A stretch of DNA of 64,000 nt from positions 32,001 to 96,000 of IMG/VR virus record IMGVR_UViG_3300049044_000033. One strand, written 5' to 3'. This DNA comes from a virus (Duplodnaviria; Heunggongvirae; Uroviricota; Caudoviricetes). The translations under genes and the position numbers were made by a program. Within the stretch, counting starts at the first letter, position 1. Every line of letters begins with the position of its first letter. This document shows, piece by piece, positions 45,163-54,615 of the stretch. The notes under the pieces are model-generated. The model did not search any database and had not been told where the DNA came from. It worked only from the letters and a program-made list of their open reading frames with translations.

Positions 45163-46047
45163 CTATCTTTTAAGTTTTTCCATCATGAGCTTTTGACTCA
45201 GGATCTCGTCCTTGCTGAACTTTGCCAGCGCGGCATTCTTTATACTACCTTTCGTGGCCGCGATAGAAGCTTTGGCTTGAAGCGACACTTCTCTTTTGGT
45301 AATGAGGTCAGTTCCAACGATAAACCCATGTTGACTGACTTTCTTGAGCTTTAGGAAGAGCAGTTCATCAGATCGAGCAAAGATGAACATATCTCCTACT
45401 GCCAATTCGTTCCCAAACTTATCGATGGGCGTGAACGCTAGTTCGTTTACCTTTGCTCTGCGTTCTTCTTCCTTTTCCTCGGCTGACTTTGATTCAGCGC
45501 GAGTAAACACAAACTTGGTCGGACCCTCATAGTCGAGCAGCACCTCAAGGTTATTGAGATCACTGTAGTTAGTCCTCACAGGCTTGCGACCATCGAATTC
45601 ATAGAGGGCAGAATGGTAACACTGGAACTCAAGCATCTCCAAGAAACCAACCCAGAAGATAGGGCTCCGCCCTCCTCGACTTCCAACAAAGGAAGCTAAG
45701 ATATCGGCTTCCCATCCGATTTTGGCCACTACATTGGGAAAGTCATCAGAAACATAAGAATTGATGATATTCGCTTTGGACTTGATAGCACCTGTGCCAA
45801 TGCCATCAAGAGGCAAAGTGTGAAGGACCAGAGCTTTGCGGTGAACCCTCGCAATACTTCCAGCCCTAGTGCCCTCGTTGATCTTAACGTAGATGGGCTC
45901 GCCGGCTTTGAACCGGGAGACCATTTTTGCCATTGCCTCGATAGCAGGGCGGTTACGTTCAAAGTGGGCTTCGGCTTCTGCCTTCAAGTCAGAGGGATGA
46001 GCTGGCCTCCGGAAAAGAGTTAGATCGCTCGAAGTCTTAATCATCAT
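45163..46047 (-). CDS. KOW/SH3-like tandem-domain protein (family with 50891 and 56494)
   Basis: INEGTRAGSIAR and DKFGNELAVGD motifs; start approximate. Confidence 0.7.
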   Translation of the reverse strand: MMIKTSSDLTLFRRPAHPSDLKAEAEAHFERNRPAIEAMAKMVSRFKAGEPIYVKINEGTRAGSIARVHRKALVLHTLPLDGIGTGAIKSKANIINSYVSDDFPNVVAKIGWEADILASFVGSRGGRSPIFWVGFLEMLEFQCYHSALYEFDGRKPVRTNYSDLNNLEVLLDYEGPTKFVFTRAESKSAEEKEEERRAKVNELAFTPIDKFGNELAVGDMFIFARSDELLFLKLKKVSQHGFIVGTDLITKREVSLQAKASIAATKGSIKNAALAKFSKDEILSQKLMMEKLKR

Positions 46048-46744
46048 CTTCCCCGTATTCATTTTCCTGTCCACCCTCCGCATAAAGGTAGTTGCGGATT
46101 TCTTCAAGACATTCCTTGAGCGTCCCTACCTTGCGGGCATCGAGAACATTCCAATGCTTTGCTCGGTATTCATCGTAGATGAACCAGCGACCATCTTCGG
46201 TCTTGGCCAGCCTCCAGTTATAGTGTTCGCAAAGTCCACGATCCCTAATATCCAGGACCTTGCAGGCTTTGAGATCAACCTCCTCATCCTTGGAAAGCTT
46301 GATCATAGTAGATTTTTCCACATGACCAGTCTTCACAACGTCGATGACTGAGAGAATAGTAGCTTCCTGGACTGCTAGTTCTGCCTCGCTCCACTTGTGG
46401 TTGGAACGAACTGCGAGAACCCGCTGGTTAGTGTGGATCCAACATGAGCCATAGAAACCAAAACCAGTTCCCTTCCAGTCGCCCTTGTAGGTCTTTTCAT
46501 CCAGCCACTTAGAACCTCGTGAGTTCTCACCGGACGCGATATAGGTTTCGAGGGCTTTCTCGAGGGTCATCTCATTGCGGGATTCAATCTCCAGCTGAAC
46601 CTTCCGGAGACGTTCACGAGCGAGGTTGCGCTTCTTGGCAGCTTCCTCGGCTACTCGATTGAATTCTTCGTAGGAAGCCAAGAGAGCCTTGCTCGATGCT
46701 TCAAGCTGCTCGATGGTCTGCTGGGTAAGCTTCTTGCTGGTCAT
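46037..46744 (-). CDS. hypothetical protein with N-terminal coiled coil
   Basis: Own promoter-RBS element. Confidence 0.75.
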   Translation of the reverse strand: MTSKKLTQQTIEQLEASSKALLASYEEFNRVAEEAAKKRNLARERLRKVQLEIESRNEMTLEKALETYIASGENSRGSKWLDEKTYKGDWKGTGFGFYGSCWIHTNQRVLAVRSNHKWSEAELAVQEATILSVIDVVKTGHVEKSTMIKLSKDEEVDLKACKVLDIRDRGLCEHYNWRLAKTEDGRWFIYDEYRAKHWNVLDARKVGTLKECLEEIRNYLYAEGGQENEYGEDDD

Positions 46745-46801
46745 TCTCGATCTCCTCTTTGTTGTCCTCTTGATAACATAGAAGAGGTGAATGTCAACAC
46801 C

Positions 46802-47089
46802 TTAATCGTTATAAACAACGAGGCGGGGACCTTCGATCCCTCGACCGAAACCGTCGACTGGTCGGAACTTCCAAGCCACAATATCGCCATGCTCAAACCG
46901 GGTCTTCTCACGCTCGACTTCGTAGAAGCAATAGCGGATGTTTCTCGTCTCGCCGTTGATCATGAAAGCTTCGTAGCGCAACGCCGCCTCAAAATTGAAG
47001 TGGGTAGCAGCCAGATCCGACACAAAGGTCGACAAAGTGTTGGTTGCCTTGTTCCACGTAAATTCGTGAACCGAAATTTCCTGAACCAT
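46802..47089 (-). CDS. hypothetical protein
   Basis: AGGAGGT SD before MVQEIS; ends in YND. Confidence 0.7.
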   Translation of the reverse strand: MVQEISVHEFTWNKATNTLSTFVSDLAATHFNFEAALRYEAFMINGETRNIRYCFYEVEREKTRFEHGDIVAWKFRPVDGFGRGIEGPRLVVYND

Positions 47090-47106
47090 ACAACCTCCTG
47101 CGCTGT

Positions 47107-47652
47107 TTACTCCACCAGCTCTAGCACCTTTTTGCGAAGCGTCAACCAGAATCCTGGTTTTTCGGCAATTAACTGGCTGATTGCCTTGAGCCGTTCTCCG
47201 TCGACTTCTTGCCTTTTCCTCCAAGGACTTCTGAGGTTTACTCGGGTTCGAATATGCGTTTCAGTTTCCTGCCAGACTTCCCGCCCTTGCTTGGTCTGAA
47301 GTGCCCGGCTAACTTGGTTATTTTTGTGGAAGCCGGAGCGAACTTCACTATATTGCCACTCGTCCCACAAGTCTACGCAGAACCCCCACAGAGCATCATA
47401 GAGGCCCCTCTCACGCCACTCGGGCATCGTGTAAGCACCGACGATTATGATGTGTTTGTCGGACTTCATAGGGGCATAGAAGACACAAGTGAGCAGCTCG
47501 TCACCTTTGAAAAATGCCGCATAATTGTAGAGGTCAGAACGAGGCCATTTTGACGGCATGTCGTTGGCCTTGAGTTCTTCCATATAGGCATCCCAGACGT
47601 CCAGCATCATGGGATTTTTGCTTATTCGCTCGGTCTTGAATGTAAAGTCCAT
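47107..47652 (-). CDS. GNAT-family N-acetyltransferase
   Basis: YTMPEWRERGLYDAL (motif A)...NQVSRAL...G (motif B). Confidence 0.65.
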   Translation of the reverse strand: MDFTFKTERISKNPMMLDVWDAYMEELKANDMPSKWPRSDLYNYAAFFKGDELLTCVFYAPMKSDKHIIIVGAYTMPEWRERGLYDALWGFCVDLWDEWQYSEVRSGFHKNNQVSRALQTKQGREVWQETETHIRTRVNLRSPWRKRQEVDGERLKAISQLIAEKPGFWLTLRKKVLELVE

Positions 47653-47688
47653 CCGCTGCCGATAAAGCCCACCTACCTTATAGTCAAG

Positions 47689-48069
47689 TTAGGTTATGAT
47701 TTCTACCACAGTCCATTGGCCGATCAATTCAACATCACGGTCGAGATCGACATCAAGGTAGCGGTTAGCAAAGTCCTCAATGTCGCTGTCTTTCTTGAGA
47801 CGGCACTCAATAGCAACGAGGGGAGAGTAGTCACAATTCCCAAGGACTGCTGAATCCGCGGTAGCCCTGACCAAATGCGGGAAGTTGAGGTGCTCGACGA
47901 GCTTGGGGTAGCAATACGCGAAAACCTCAGGGATGACCAGCCCGCGCTCACTTGCTACCTTTTGGTATATTGGCAAAATAAACTTCCACCGGGCAGTAAA
48001 AGCTTGACGGCTTATCAGACTTACGCCGACTGGAATAGCTTGGCTGCTGTAATGGAAACCGTCAATCAT
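47689..48069 (-). CDS. hypothetical protein
   Basis: ATGA overlap. Confidence 0.6.
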   Translation of the reverse strand: MIDGFHYSSQAIPVGVSLISRQAFTARWKFILPIYQKVASERGLVIPEVFAYCYPKLVEHLNFPHLVRATADSAVLGNCDYSPLVAIECRLKKDSDIEDFANRYLDVDLDRDVELIGQWTVVEIIT

Positions 48070-48245
48070 ACCGAGGTAGCACCATCAACGAAAGCCTTCG
48101 CATACTGGAAGGTGGCTGCGTGACGGGTGACCACGCCCTTGTTGTGCCAACCTGGAGCCAGCTTAACAAGCGCAACACCGCCGCCTACGAACTCGACGCT
48201 CTCGACCTTCGAGCTCTTTTCCAGCTCTTCGTAGTTGTTGGCCAT
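48066..48245 (-). CDS. hypothetical protein (59 aa, not in ORF track)
   Basis: MANNYEELEK...GATSV; own promoter-RBS element. Confidence 0.7.
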   Translation of the reverse strand: MANNYEELEKSSKVESVEFVGGGVALVKLAPGWHNKGVVTRHAATFQYAKAFVDGATSV

Positions 48246-48320
48246 ATTTTGATCTCCGCTGTTGCTTTGTTGTCCTCAACTTAGCAGAACTGGTGATAGC
48301 GTCAACCAGTTTTATGATAT

Positions 48321-48342
48321 TGGGGAGGATTTCTCCTCCCCA
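48321..48342 (-). terminator. hairpin terminator
   Basis: TGGGGAGGA-GAAA-TCCTCCCCA on minus strand. Confidence 0.65.
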
Positions 48343-48348
48343 GTAGCA

Positions 48349-48684
48349 TTACAGTCGGGTAACGAGGTCGTCGATTTGGGCTTGTGTGAGGATGCTGAAG
48401 CCCTTCTTGGCTACAGTAACTTCCCTGTCCTCAAGCGACTTGCGGTAGCGGCGCTTTGCTTCCTCGATGGGCACGAGGGTGAGGCCGGACTGCTGGTCAT
48501 TGAGGGACATTGGCATCGGATTTTTATGGCCGGAAAGGGACGCATAAACGCGGGTTCGGCCGACTTTGGAAATTCGGACCCGGCAAGGTTGGTCAGGGAA
48601 ACCTTCGCTGTTGCACTGGCAAGGTGACGACCCTGCGAAGGCAACAAACACATCTCCAACTTTGATATCCTTGATGTCGAGCAC
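48349..48684 (-). CDS. SH3-like hypothetical protein
   Basis: IKVGDVF...ISKVGRT; own promoter-RBS element, GTG start. Confidence 0.7.
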   Translation of the reverse strand: MLDIKDIKVGDVFVAFAGSSPCQCNSEGFPDQPCRVRISKVGRTRVYASLSGHKNPMPMSLNDQQSGLTLVPIEEAKRRYRKSLEDREVTVAKKGFSILTQAQIDDLVTRL

Positions 48685-48750
48685 GTTTCGATCTCCTCGT
48701 TGCTTCCTACCCATCCACATTAGCAAAAAGGGCGAACGAGTCAACCAGTT

Positions 48751-49029
48751 TTAGAAATGAAATTCACCTATTTGCTGTTTGAGCTGCTGAATGCCCTGAT
48801 TGTTTAGGAACATAAAACGCTTTTGACCCTTCGGAACAGGTTGTCCAAGAGGGATGCTGATACCAAGAAAGCCTTTCCTTTCAAGTGAATCCAGCGTCTT
48901 TACATCCTCGGTATGACCTGCCTTGATTTTAAAGTCCCAGTAATTCTTTGTGGCTTTCATGCTAGTCCCACGGAGGCCGATAATCCGCATTGCGAGCTTG
49001 ACTTCGTCGGCGGTCATAGTTCGTTTCAT
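48751..49029 (-). CDS. hypothetical protein
   Basis: Own promoter element. Confidence 0.7.
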   Translation of the reverse strand: MKRTMTADEVKLAMRIIGLRGTSMKATKNYWDFKIKAGHTEDVKTLDSLERKGFLGISIPLGQPVPKGQKRFMFLNNQGIQQLKQQIGEFHF

Positions 49030-49087
49030 CAGGATTCTCCCTAACTGTTACACCTGTTCTAGCACAAAGGTGAGTAATGTCAACCGA

Positions 49088-49792
49088 TTAGAAGCGACGA
49101 CTGATACCCAGAATGAGTTCGAGTGCGGGGGTATCTTGGGTCAAACCAATGTTGGCATTCAGATCTAGCTCAGTGTTGCTATCTGCCGTCCAAGTGCCCG
49201 AAACGTCGAATGACACTTGAGTTTGTTCCCGATTGTGTTGCGCAAACAATTCAACGGCTGCTCCAAATGGGCCGACAATCGTTTGGTTTACACCGATGGC
49301 TCCGCTCACTTGACTAAAGGGTAGAGCAAACACCGTAGGACTTATGTAGAGCTGGGTCTCTGAACTAAGATCATAGGTCACTGCTAGCGCAACACCTGCG
49401 CCGAAGAGCTCCTGAGAGATACCCCTAGATCCCGTAGGGATAACGACCATTGGCTGAATAGCAGCGCTCAACTGGCCATCGAGGATGTTGTGGCGAACGT
49501 TGATCTTTAGATCATTCTGACCAATACGAGAACCCTTCCTCACCCAAGGGCTCACTGCGAGTTGGATTTCAGTTGAGCCACTCAGGCCATACCTGACCAC
49601 TGTATCACCGAGCAGCAAAGTTGAATCAGCATCGTCGAACCAATCGGTGATACTGACTTCAACTTGAACGTGACCTGGATCAACGATACAAGGTTGAATG
49701 GCACCTCGGTCGGGACAAAGTGGTTTAAGGGTCTGACCAGCTGCCGGACTGGTCAGAACCCCTAAGAACAAGAGTGAAGGAAGAATCTTCAC
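49088..49792 (-). CDS. outer-membrane beta-barrel 'transporter' (MetA-pathway/phenol-degradation-like)
   Basis: Signal peptide KILPSLLFLGVLTSPAAG; LCPDR...PCIVDPGHVQVE; RYGL...EIQL; alternating strands; C-terminal Phe. Confidence 0.7.
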   Translation of the reverse strand: MKILPSLLFLGVLTSPAAGQTLKPLCPDRGAIQPCIVDPGHVQVEVSITDWFDDADSTLLLGDTVVRYGLSGSTEIQLAVSPWVRKGSRIGQNDLKINVRHNILDGQLSAAIQPMVVIPTGSRGISQELFGAGVALAVTYDLSSETQLYISPTVFALPFSQVSGAIGVNQTIVGPFGAAVELFAQHNREQTQVSFDVSGTWTADSNTELDLNANIGLTQDTPALELILGISRRF

Positions 49793-49797
49793 TCTCT

Positions 49798-50169
49798 TCA
49801 AAACTCCTTCAACTTGAGGGAAAAATTGCGAGCTTCCTGCTCGGCGGTTCCGATGATCGAAGTGGGCACATCGTAGTAGAAAGCTACCCAATGGCCGCGC
49901 CGGAGAACGTTGATCGTCTTCTCAACTTTGCCCTTATTCTTACCCCGTGTGATAGTCCGGGTCGTGACCTCGACTTTGCGGCGAACTTTGTGGAGGTTGT
50001 AGAGCCGGGCAATTTGGTTACCTCCTTCACCACGGATGAGGTAGTTGCCGCGCCCGTAATTGGTGCGGAAATGCGAAGATGCCCACATACCGCCTCGCAG
50101 CTTTTCGAGCAGCTGGCTCTTCGTAGCAGCTTCCATCTTCTTGGGCTTGAGCTTCATCGTGATCTGCAT
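49798..50169 (-). CDS. basic hypothetical protein
   Basis: Own promoter-RBS element. Confidence 0.75.
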   Translation of the reverse strand: MQITMKLKPKKMEAATKSQLLEKLRGGMWASSHFRTNYGRGNYLIRGEGGNQIARLYNLHKVRRKVEVTTRTITRGKNKGKVEKTINVLRRGHWVAFYYDVPTSIIGTAEQEARNFSLKLKEF

Positions 50170-50234
50170 TTTCGATCTCCCTTTTTGCTTCTATTCACCT
50201 GTTTTAGCAGGTAGGTGAATAGAGTCAACCGCTT

Positions 50235-50645
50235 TTAGATTTCTGACCAAGAATTCTGGTAGTTGCTCTTCAGCTTCCACAACATAGCGCGACCTTTGGC
50301 GCTAATTACCATATTCGTGCCACCCTCGCTGCCTGCAGTGTAGCGATAAACCAGTTCGTCTTCATCGCTCTCGAGGATCATGTAATAGTTGGCAGTATCA
50401 TCCAAGTAAAAGAACCGAACCACCTTGTATTCGCGACCAGTGTAGGTCTTTGCTGCGTTGATAAGTTCATGACCCTTAAAGGTCAGATGTTCAAAACGAG
50501 TAAGCGGATTAGCAACTGGTGCTTCGATGGGCAGATCAATAATCTCCCGACCCTTCGAAGATCCTCGGCCGACCTTGACGCTAATCACACCTTTGTCTTC
50601 GGTGATCTGAACCAAGCCAGTCTTGCTGCTGAAAATCTTGTTCAT
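50235..50645 (-). CDS. hypothetical protein
   Basis: Own promoter-RBS element. Confidence 0.75.
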   Translation of the reverse strand: MNKIFSSKTGLVQITEDKGVISVKVGRGSSKGREIIDLPIEAPVANPLTRFEHLTFKGHELINAAKTYTGREYKVVRFFYLDDTANYYMILESDEDELVYRYTAGSEGGTNMVISAKGRAMLWKLKSNYQNSWSEI

Positions 50646-50709
50646 ACTCGATCTCCTGTTTGTTTCTATGCCACATAGATAGCAAGAAACAGGAGAACGT
50701 CAACCAGTT

Positions 50710-50898
50710 TTAGAAAAAGATCATCAAAACGATGCAACCAAAACCGAGGAACAACAAAGTCAAGGAAACTTTACCCCAGAAGGCTTCTTCCTTGTATCCA
50801 CTGCCTGGCATGTAACCGCTACCGTGACTAGCAGAAATAAAGGAAACGAGGATAAAAATACCTGCCAAAACTACCAGGATTATTTGTAAATCAGCCAT
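50710..50898 (-). CDS. small membrane protein
   Basis: Two TM helices. Confidence 0.65.
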   Translation of the reverse strand: MADLQIILVVLAGIFILVSFISASHGSGYMPGSGYKEEAFWGKVSLTLLFLGFGCIVLMIFF

Positions 50899-51562
50899 TG
50901 GTCAACTTCGCGACTAGAACCTTGTCCTTGATATTATTGTTGTCGAGGACCACAATATCACATGACGACATGTTGGGAGTCATCTTTGTTGACTCGTCGT
51001 CATGACCCTTCCGAGTTTTGATCGGCTTGATCGTGATTGTTCCTGCGGCACTGATCTTCTCGATAATACCAAATCGAGTATCGAGTGAACCCTTCAAACC
51101 ATGTGGGTAAATGACGTGTTGGCCAACTTCCAGCTGAACGCCGAAATGGTCGAAGAGGACTTTGTCTGCCTTCTTCTCAACCGGTTTGGTTTCATAGACG
51201 AAAAGGGTCTCAGTGACATCAAAGCGCAGAATTCCGGGCCACTTGTTGGCACCCCAATATTCTAGTTTGATCTTGACCTTGTTGGGTCGATCATCGAAGA
51301 CGATCTCCCAATTGATCTTAGTGATCTGCATCTTATCACCCAGGCCAGTCTTGACTGGAGCGTAGAGATCCACACAATCCTGAGGTGTAATGTTGAGACG
51401 CCCTATCGAACCCTTCCGGGCACCTTCAGTGAACTCGATGAATATTTGCCCGCCGCCATCGAGGTATCGCTGTATCTGGCGTTCGCGTTGGCGGGCTTTG
51501 CTCTCATAGTCAACCCGACTAGATAGGATGACCCACGGGTTCTTGCCTTGAAATTCCTGCAT
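50891..51562 (-). CDS. KOW/SH3-like tandem-domain protein
   Basis: FTEGARKGSIGR and DHFGVQLEVGQ motifs; TGATG overlap start. Confidence 0.7.
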   Translation of the reverse strand: MQEFQGKNPWVILSSRVDYESKARQRERQIQRYLDGGGQIFIEFTEGARKGSIGRLNITPQDCVDLYAPVKTGLGDKMQITKINWEIVFDDRPNKVKIKLEYWGANKWPGILRFDVTETLFVYETKPVEKKADKVLFDHFGVQLEVGQHVIYPHGLKGSLDTRFGIIEKISAAGTITIKPIKTRKGHDDESTKMTPNMSSCDIVVLDNNNIKDKVLVAKLTNG

Positions 51563-51696
51563 CAGACGCCACACCATTCATAGTGATGAACTCGACACTG
51601 GCTTTCAGCGTCCTTCTTCATCATCGAATCAAAGGAGAAGAGGACCACGGCTCCAAGAGCTGCGTAGAATCCGTAGAGGGCAATCTTGTTTCGCAT
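51562..51696 (-). CDS. small membrane/exported protein
   Basis: MRNKIALYGF...; own promoter. Confidence 0.6.
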   Translation of the reverse strand: MRNKIALYGFYAALGAVVLFSFDSMMKKDAESQCRVHHYEWCGV

Positions 51697-51754
51697 CGCT
51701 GCTTCCTTGTTATCCAACCTGTTCCTATGCTGAAACAGGTTGGATGTCAACCCC

Positions 51755-52249
51755 TCAATCCATCCATTCCATCCGACGCTTGTGTGAACGCTCGATATCA
51801 AAATCGCAGTTGCGATTCGCGAACGTTGCGAGATCCAAACGATGGGCTCGCGCCCCGTGACCGGGCTGGATCGTCACAGACTTCTCAGTGATCTTCGTGA
51901 TCGAACCAAGGTAGTCGAAGTTGTAGGAATCGTAGATCGCAGTGTCGCCTTCTGCGAACGTGATATCGATGGTTTTGTGACCATACTGGCCGGTCAGATG
52001 GATTGTCTTCTTGCCTGCTTCATTCACCCCAAAGGCAGCAAACATACCGGTTTCCTGCGAGGGATAAATTTGGCCGAAACGCTTGCGTTCCTTGGTCATG
52101 ATCGGCGTGCGATCTTCTTTCGGCAAGACAACTGCGCGAGCATGTTCCAGTGCCGTCACGATTGCCCGACTTTCAGGAGTGCCGAGGCCGTAGCTCTTTG
52201 CCATAGCCATAATCGCTGTCGACATCTTTTCAACGGTAACTGCGTCCAT
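51755..52249 (-). CDS. hypothetical protein with SH3-like C-terminus
   Basis: FAEGDTAIYDSYN...ITKITEKSVTI; own promoter-RBS element. Confidence 0.75.
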   Translation of the reverse strand: MDAVTVEKMSTAIMAMAKSYGLGTPESRAIVTALEHARAVVLPKEDRTPIMTKERKRFGQIYPSQETGMFAAFGVNEAGKKTIHLTGQYGHKTIDITFAEGDTAIYDSYNFDYLGSITKITEKSVTIQPGHGARAHRLDLATFANRNCDFDIERSHKRRMEWMD

Positions 52250-52313
52250 CGTTCGATCTCCTGTTTGCTCTATGTCTCCACTATAAAGCAAACAGGTGAC
52301 GCGTCAACCTGTT

Positions 52314-52556
52314 TTAGACTGGAAAGATGAACTTGATAACCTCTAGAACGGCAGTGGTCACCAACGTGACCACACAAGCGATCAGGATAGCAGTAATGAT
52401 CTTCCCATACCATGGAGTGAAGAGAATACTTTTCACTCGATCTTCACTCTCCGGCGAAGTGATAGTGAACTTCTTGTATTGGCGTCGCTCCCAGACATAC
52501 TGGTAAATGAGTGACCCTATGGCCGAGCCGATGAAAACCAATAGGTAGTAGTTCAC
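52314..52556 (-). CDS. small membrane protein
   Basis: Two TM helices; GTGA overlap. Confidence 0.65.
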   Translation of the reverse strand: MNYYLLVFIGSAIGSLIYQYVWERRQYKKFTITSPESEDRVKSILFTPWYGKIITAILIACVVTLVTTAVLEVIKFIFPV

Positions 52557-53005
52557 TTTTTCTTCCCCTTCATCTTTGCGATCAGGTCAGCCTTTGCCCG
52601 GGCGCTTTGGTTACGACGTTTCTGCCACTCGGGCAATCCCTCGTCAGGATCAAGGACGCTATGAATTTCTGGAATACCACCTGGGTATTCGTCATACATC
52701 ACGAGGTATTCAGGAAACCGAGGCGCAGTTTCCTTATAGGAATCGCATAGTGCGAGGTGCAACCGTTCATGTGATGCGATGAATCGTGCCTCTTTAAACG
52801 ATACACCTGAGAGGACTGCGCCCATATCGCTTAACCGAATATTAAGCTGATCGTCAATCCAGGCGTTAAACTCTTCAGCCGATTCCATCTGGATATTCAA
52901 GCCCTCAGGGAAAAGACTGCCCAACATGCTGAGCCGAGAATCAGCAATTAGTTGGCGAATGATAGCGTGGGTTGCCTCGTCTGCGAGGGGCTCATCCTGG
53001 GTCAT
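52553..53005 (-). CDS. hypothetical protein
   Basis: TAATG overlap. Confidence 0.7.
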   Translation of the reverse strand: MTQDEPLADEATHAIIRQLIADSRLSMLGSLFPEGLNIQMESAEEFNAWIDDQLNIRLSDMGAVLSGVSFKEARFIASHERLHLALCDSYKETAPRFPEYLVMYDEYPGGIPEIHSVLDPDEGLPEWQKRRNQSARAKADLIAKMKGKKK

Positions 53006-53268
53006 TAGCTTGTCTCCCTCTGCTCGAATTGGATATAGTCAGCAGCATCGTATAGGCCGACCCGGTTAGCGATTGCGCGAAGGGCAGTCAGCTGCTCCTC
53101 CAGCGAATGCTGTGACTGAGCGAACTTGGGAATGTGCTTCAGGCCATCGTCAATAGTGAACGCCTGGTTTTCAGTGCTGAAAAGTGCGCGAGCGACCATA
53201 CGATCCTTGCTCTTAGCGACTGCTTCTTCGGCGCTTCCTGCGGCGTAACTAGAGGGAAAAGTCTGCAC
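53005..53268 (-). CDS. hypothetical protein
   Basis: Own promoter-RBS element; GLYDAADYI C-terminal motif. Confidence 0.7.
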   Translation of the reverse strand: MQTFPSSYAAGSAEEAVAKSKDRMVARALFSTENQAFTIDDGLKHIPKFAQSQHSLEEQLTALRAIANRVGLYDAADYIQFEQRETS

Positions 53269-53328
53269 TATCGATCTCCTGTTTCTGTTATCCCACTTTA
53301 TAGGATAGGTGACATTAGTCAACCACTT

Positions 53329-53484
53329 TTAGGAGGTTTTTGGCCGAAAACGCTTTTCCTTGAGACAGCGGGCTTTGCCCTTCTCGGCATACTTGAGCAT
53401 CTCGGTCAAACCCATCTCGCGATAGCGATCGCAAAGTTCTGCGAAATCCTCAAAGTAGCGATTATCAGCAGCATGACGAGCCAT
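53329..53484 (-). CDS. hypothetical protein (51 aa, not in ORF track)
   Basis: MARHAADNRY...; own promoter-RBS element. Confidence 0.7.
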   Translation of the reverse strand: MARHAADNRYFEDFAELCDRYREMGLTEMLKYAEKGKARCLKEKRFRPKTS

Positions 53485-53543
53485 CTTCGATCTCCTGTTT
53501 TGTTGCCTTATGATAACAAAACAGGAGCCAAAGTCAACCGCTT

Positions 53544-54131
53544 TTAGAGCGGCGCTTCCAGTTTTTCAATCTCTGCGTTGAGCTTCGCTCGCTCCCTGTA
53601 GAGATCCTCTAGATCATGCTTTGTGATCAAGTGGTTCTTGCGTTTATAGAACGCCTCTGCCCACTCAGTACCAAACATGTCGTGAAGAGTTTCAATACCC
53701 TGACGGTCGAGTTCTTCGGGCCCCATCGTCTCATAGGCATCGAATTCAAAAGACGTCATGTCTTCTGCGTCATCAAAACAGTCGAGCAGAAGGCCAACAT
53801 TCGCGACCATAATGTCATTGAATGTTGGGCTATACTTGGACCATTCTGCGCGATGAGTGACGCGGAAATCCAAGTTGCGGGCCGGCATATTAAGCTTGCG
53901 AGCTTCTGCTTCGGCCAAGATTGCGTCACGACGTGGCTGGATGAAATCGTAAAGTTCCTCAAGCGCATCAAATCGAAGGTTGTCTGAGCTAATGTCAACT
54001 GACTCTGTCATAGTTTCTATTATTGTTTTGACACGATCACGCCAGTCATTCAGCTGATTTTCAGTCTTGAACTGGTTGAGGTCTGTATAGCGAACCTTAA
54101 CGCCGTCAATGAGGAAGTCCAGCTTGTCCAT
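53544..54131 (-). CDS. hypothetical protein
   Basis: TAATG overlap. Confidence 0.7.
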   Translation of the reverse strand: MDKLDFLIDGVKVRYTDLNQFKTENQLNDWRDRVKTIIETMTESVDISSDNLRFDALEELYDFIQPRRDAILAEAEARKLNMPARNLDFRVTHRAEWSKYSPTFNDIMVANVGLLLDCFDDAEDMTSFEFDAYETMGPEELDRQGIETLHDMFGTEWAEAFYKRKNHLITKHDLEDLYRERAKLNAEIEKLEAPL

Positions 54132-54319
54132 TAGTTTTCCACCTTGATTTCAACTTCCGGATACTTCCCGGTCACATCGTGGCGAACCTCGACCACTTCC
54201 CGCCCGCCTATACCAAAGTCAACCTTCTCACCAACGCGCGGAATGTGGCATGAAGTATATTCATGCTCAACGTCCCAGCAGCCGTAGTGTTCGCGAAGGA
54301 TTTTGATTTTGATTTCCAT
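54131..54319 (-). CDS. small SH3-like protein
   Basis: IPRVGEKV...VVEVRH; own promoter-RBS element. Confidence 0.7.
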   Translation of the reverse strand: MEIKIKILREHYGCWDVEHEYTSCHIPRVGEKVDFGIGGREVVEVRHDVTGKYPEVEIKVEN

Positions 54320-54376
54320 TGTCGATCTCCTGTTGTCTTGCCACCACTTTATAGGAAAGGTGAGGAGTGTCAACCA

Positions 54377-54406
54377 AAATAATGGGGAGGGTTTCCCCTC
54401 CCCATT
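54377..54406 (-). terminator. intrinsic terminator
   Basis: AATGGGGAGGG-GAAA-CCCTCCCCATT followed by ATTTT. Confidence 0.8.
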
Positions 54407-54578
54407 TGATCTTTCACCAGCTTCGCGGGCCTACCGTCTTCAGCACCCTTATCCGATCCGCGTTAACTCACTAAGGTGTTAATACCACGACTTGCGACGG
54501 ACACCTTAGTTCTGCAGCTGGCGCCTCCAAGCCCAAGATCAGCGGACTTTTGAAAGGATCCGGGGGCACCGAAACAAC
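54378..54578 (-). ncRNA. candidate structured non-coding RNA (~200 nt)
   Basis: Own TTGACT-N16-TAAACC promoter without the AGGAGATCG RBS, no ORF, four nested stems plus possible kissing loop, ends in terminator. Confidence 0.6.
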
Positions 54579-54615
54579 TTAATTGGTTTAGCAACTTTTT
54601 AGGTAGAGTCAACAC

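Noticed and set aside
54410-54445. Hammerhead core CUGAAGA...GAAA inside the ncRNA candidate
   Set aside because: No stem II closes directly onto GAAA and stems I/III are not evident; the GGAGGCGC resemblance to a lysine riboswitch also lacks the downstream motifs.
33278-54612. CcrM GANTC site overlapping the -35 box (TTGACTC)
   Set aside because: Present in only about 9 of ~40 copies, close to what the fixed TTGAC gives by chance.
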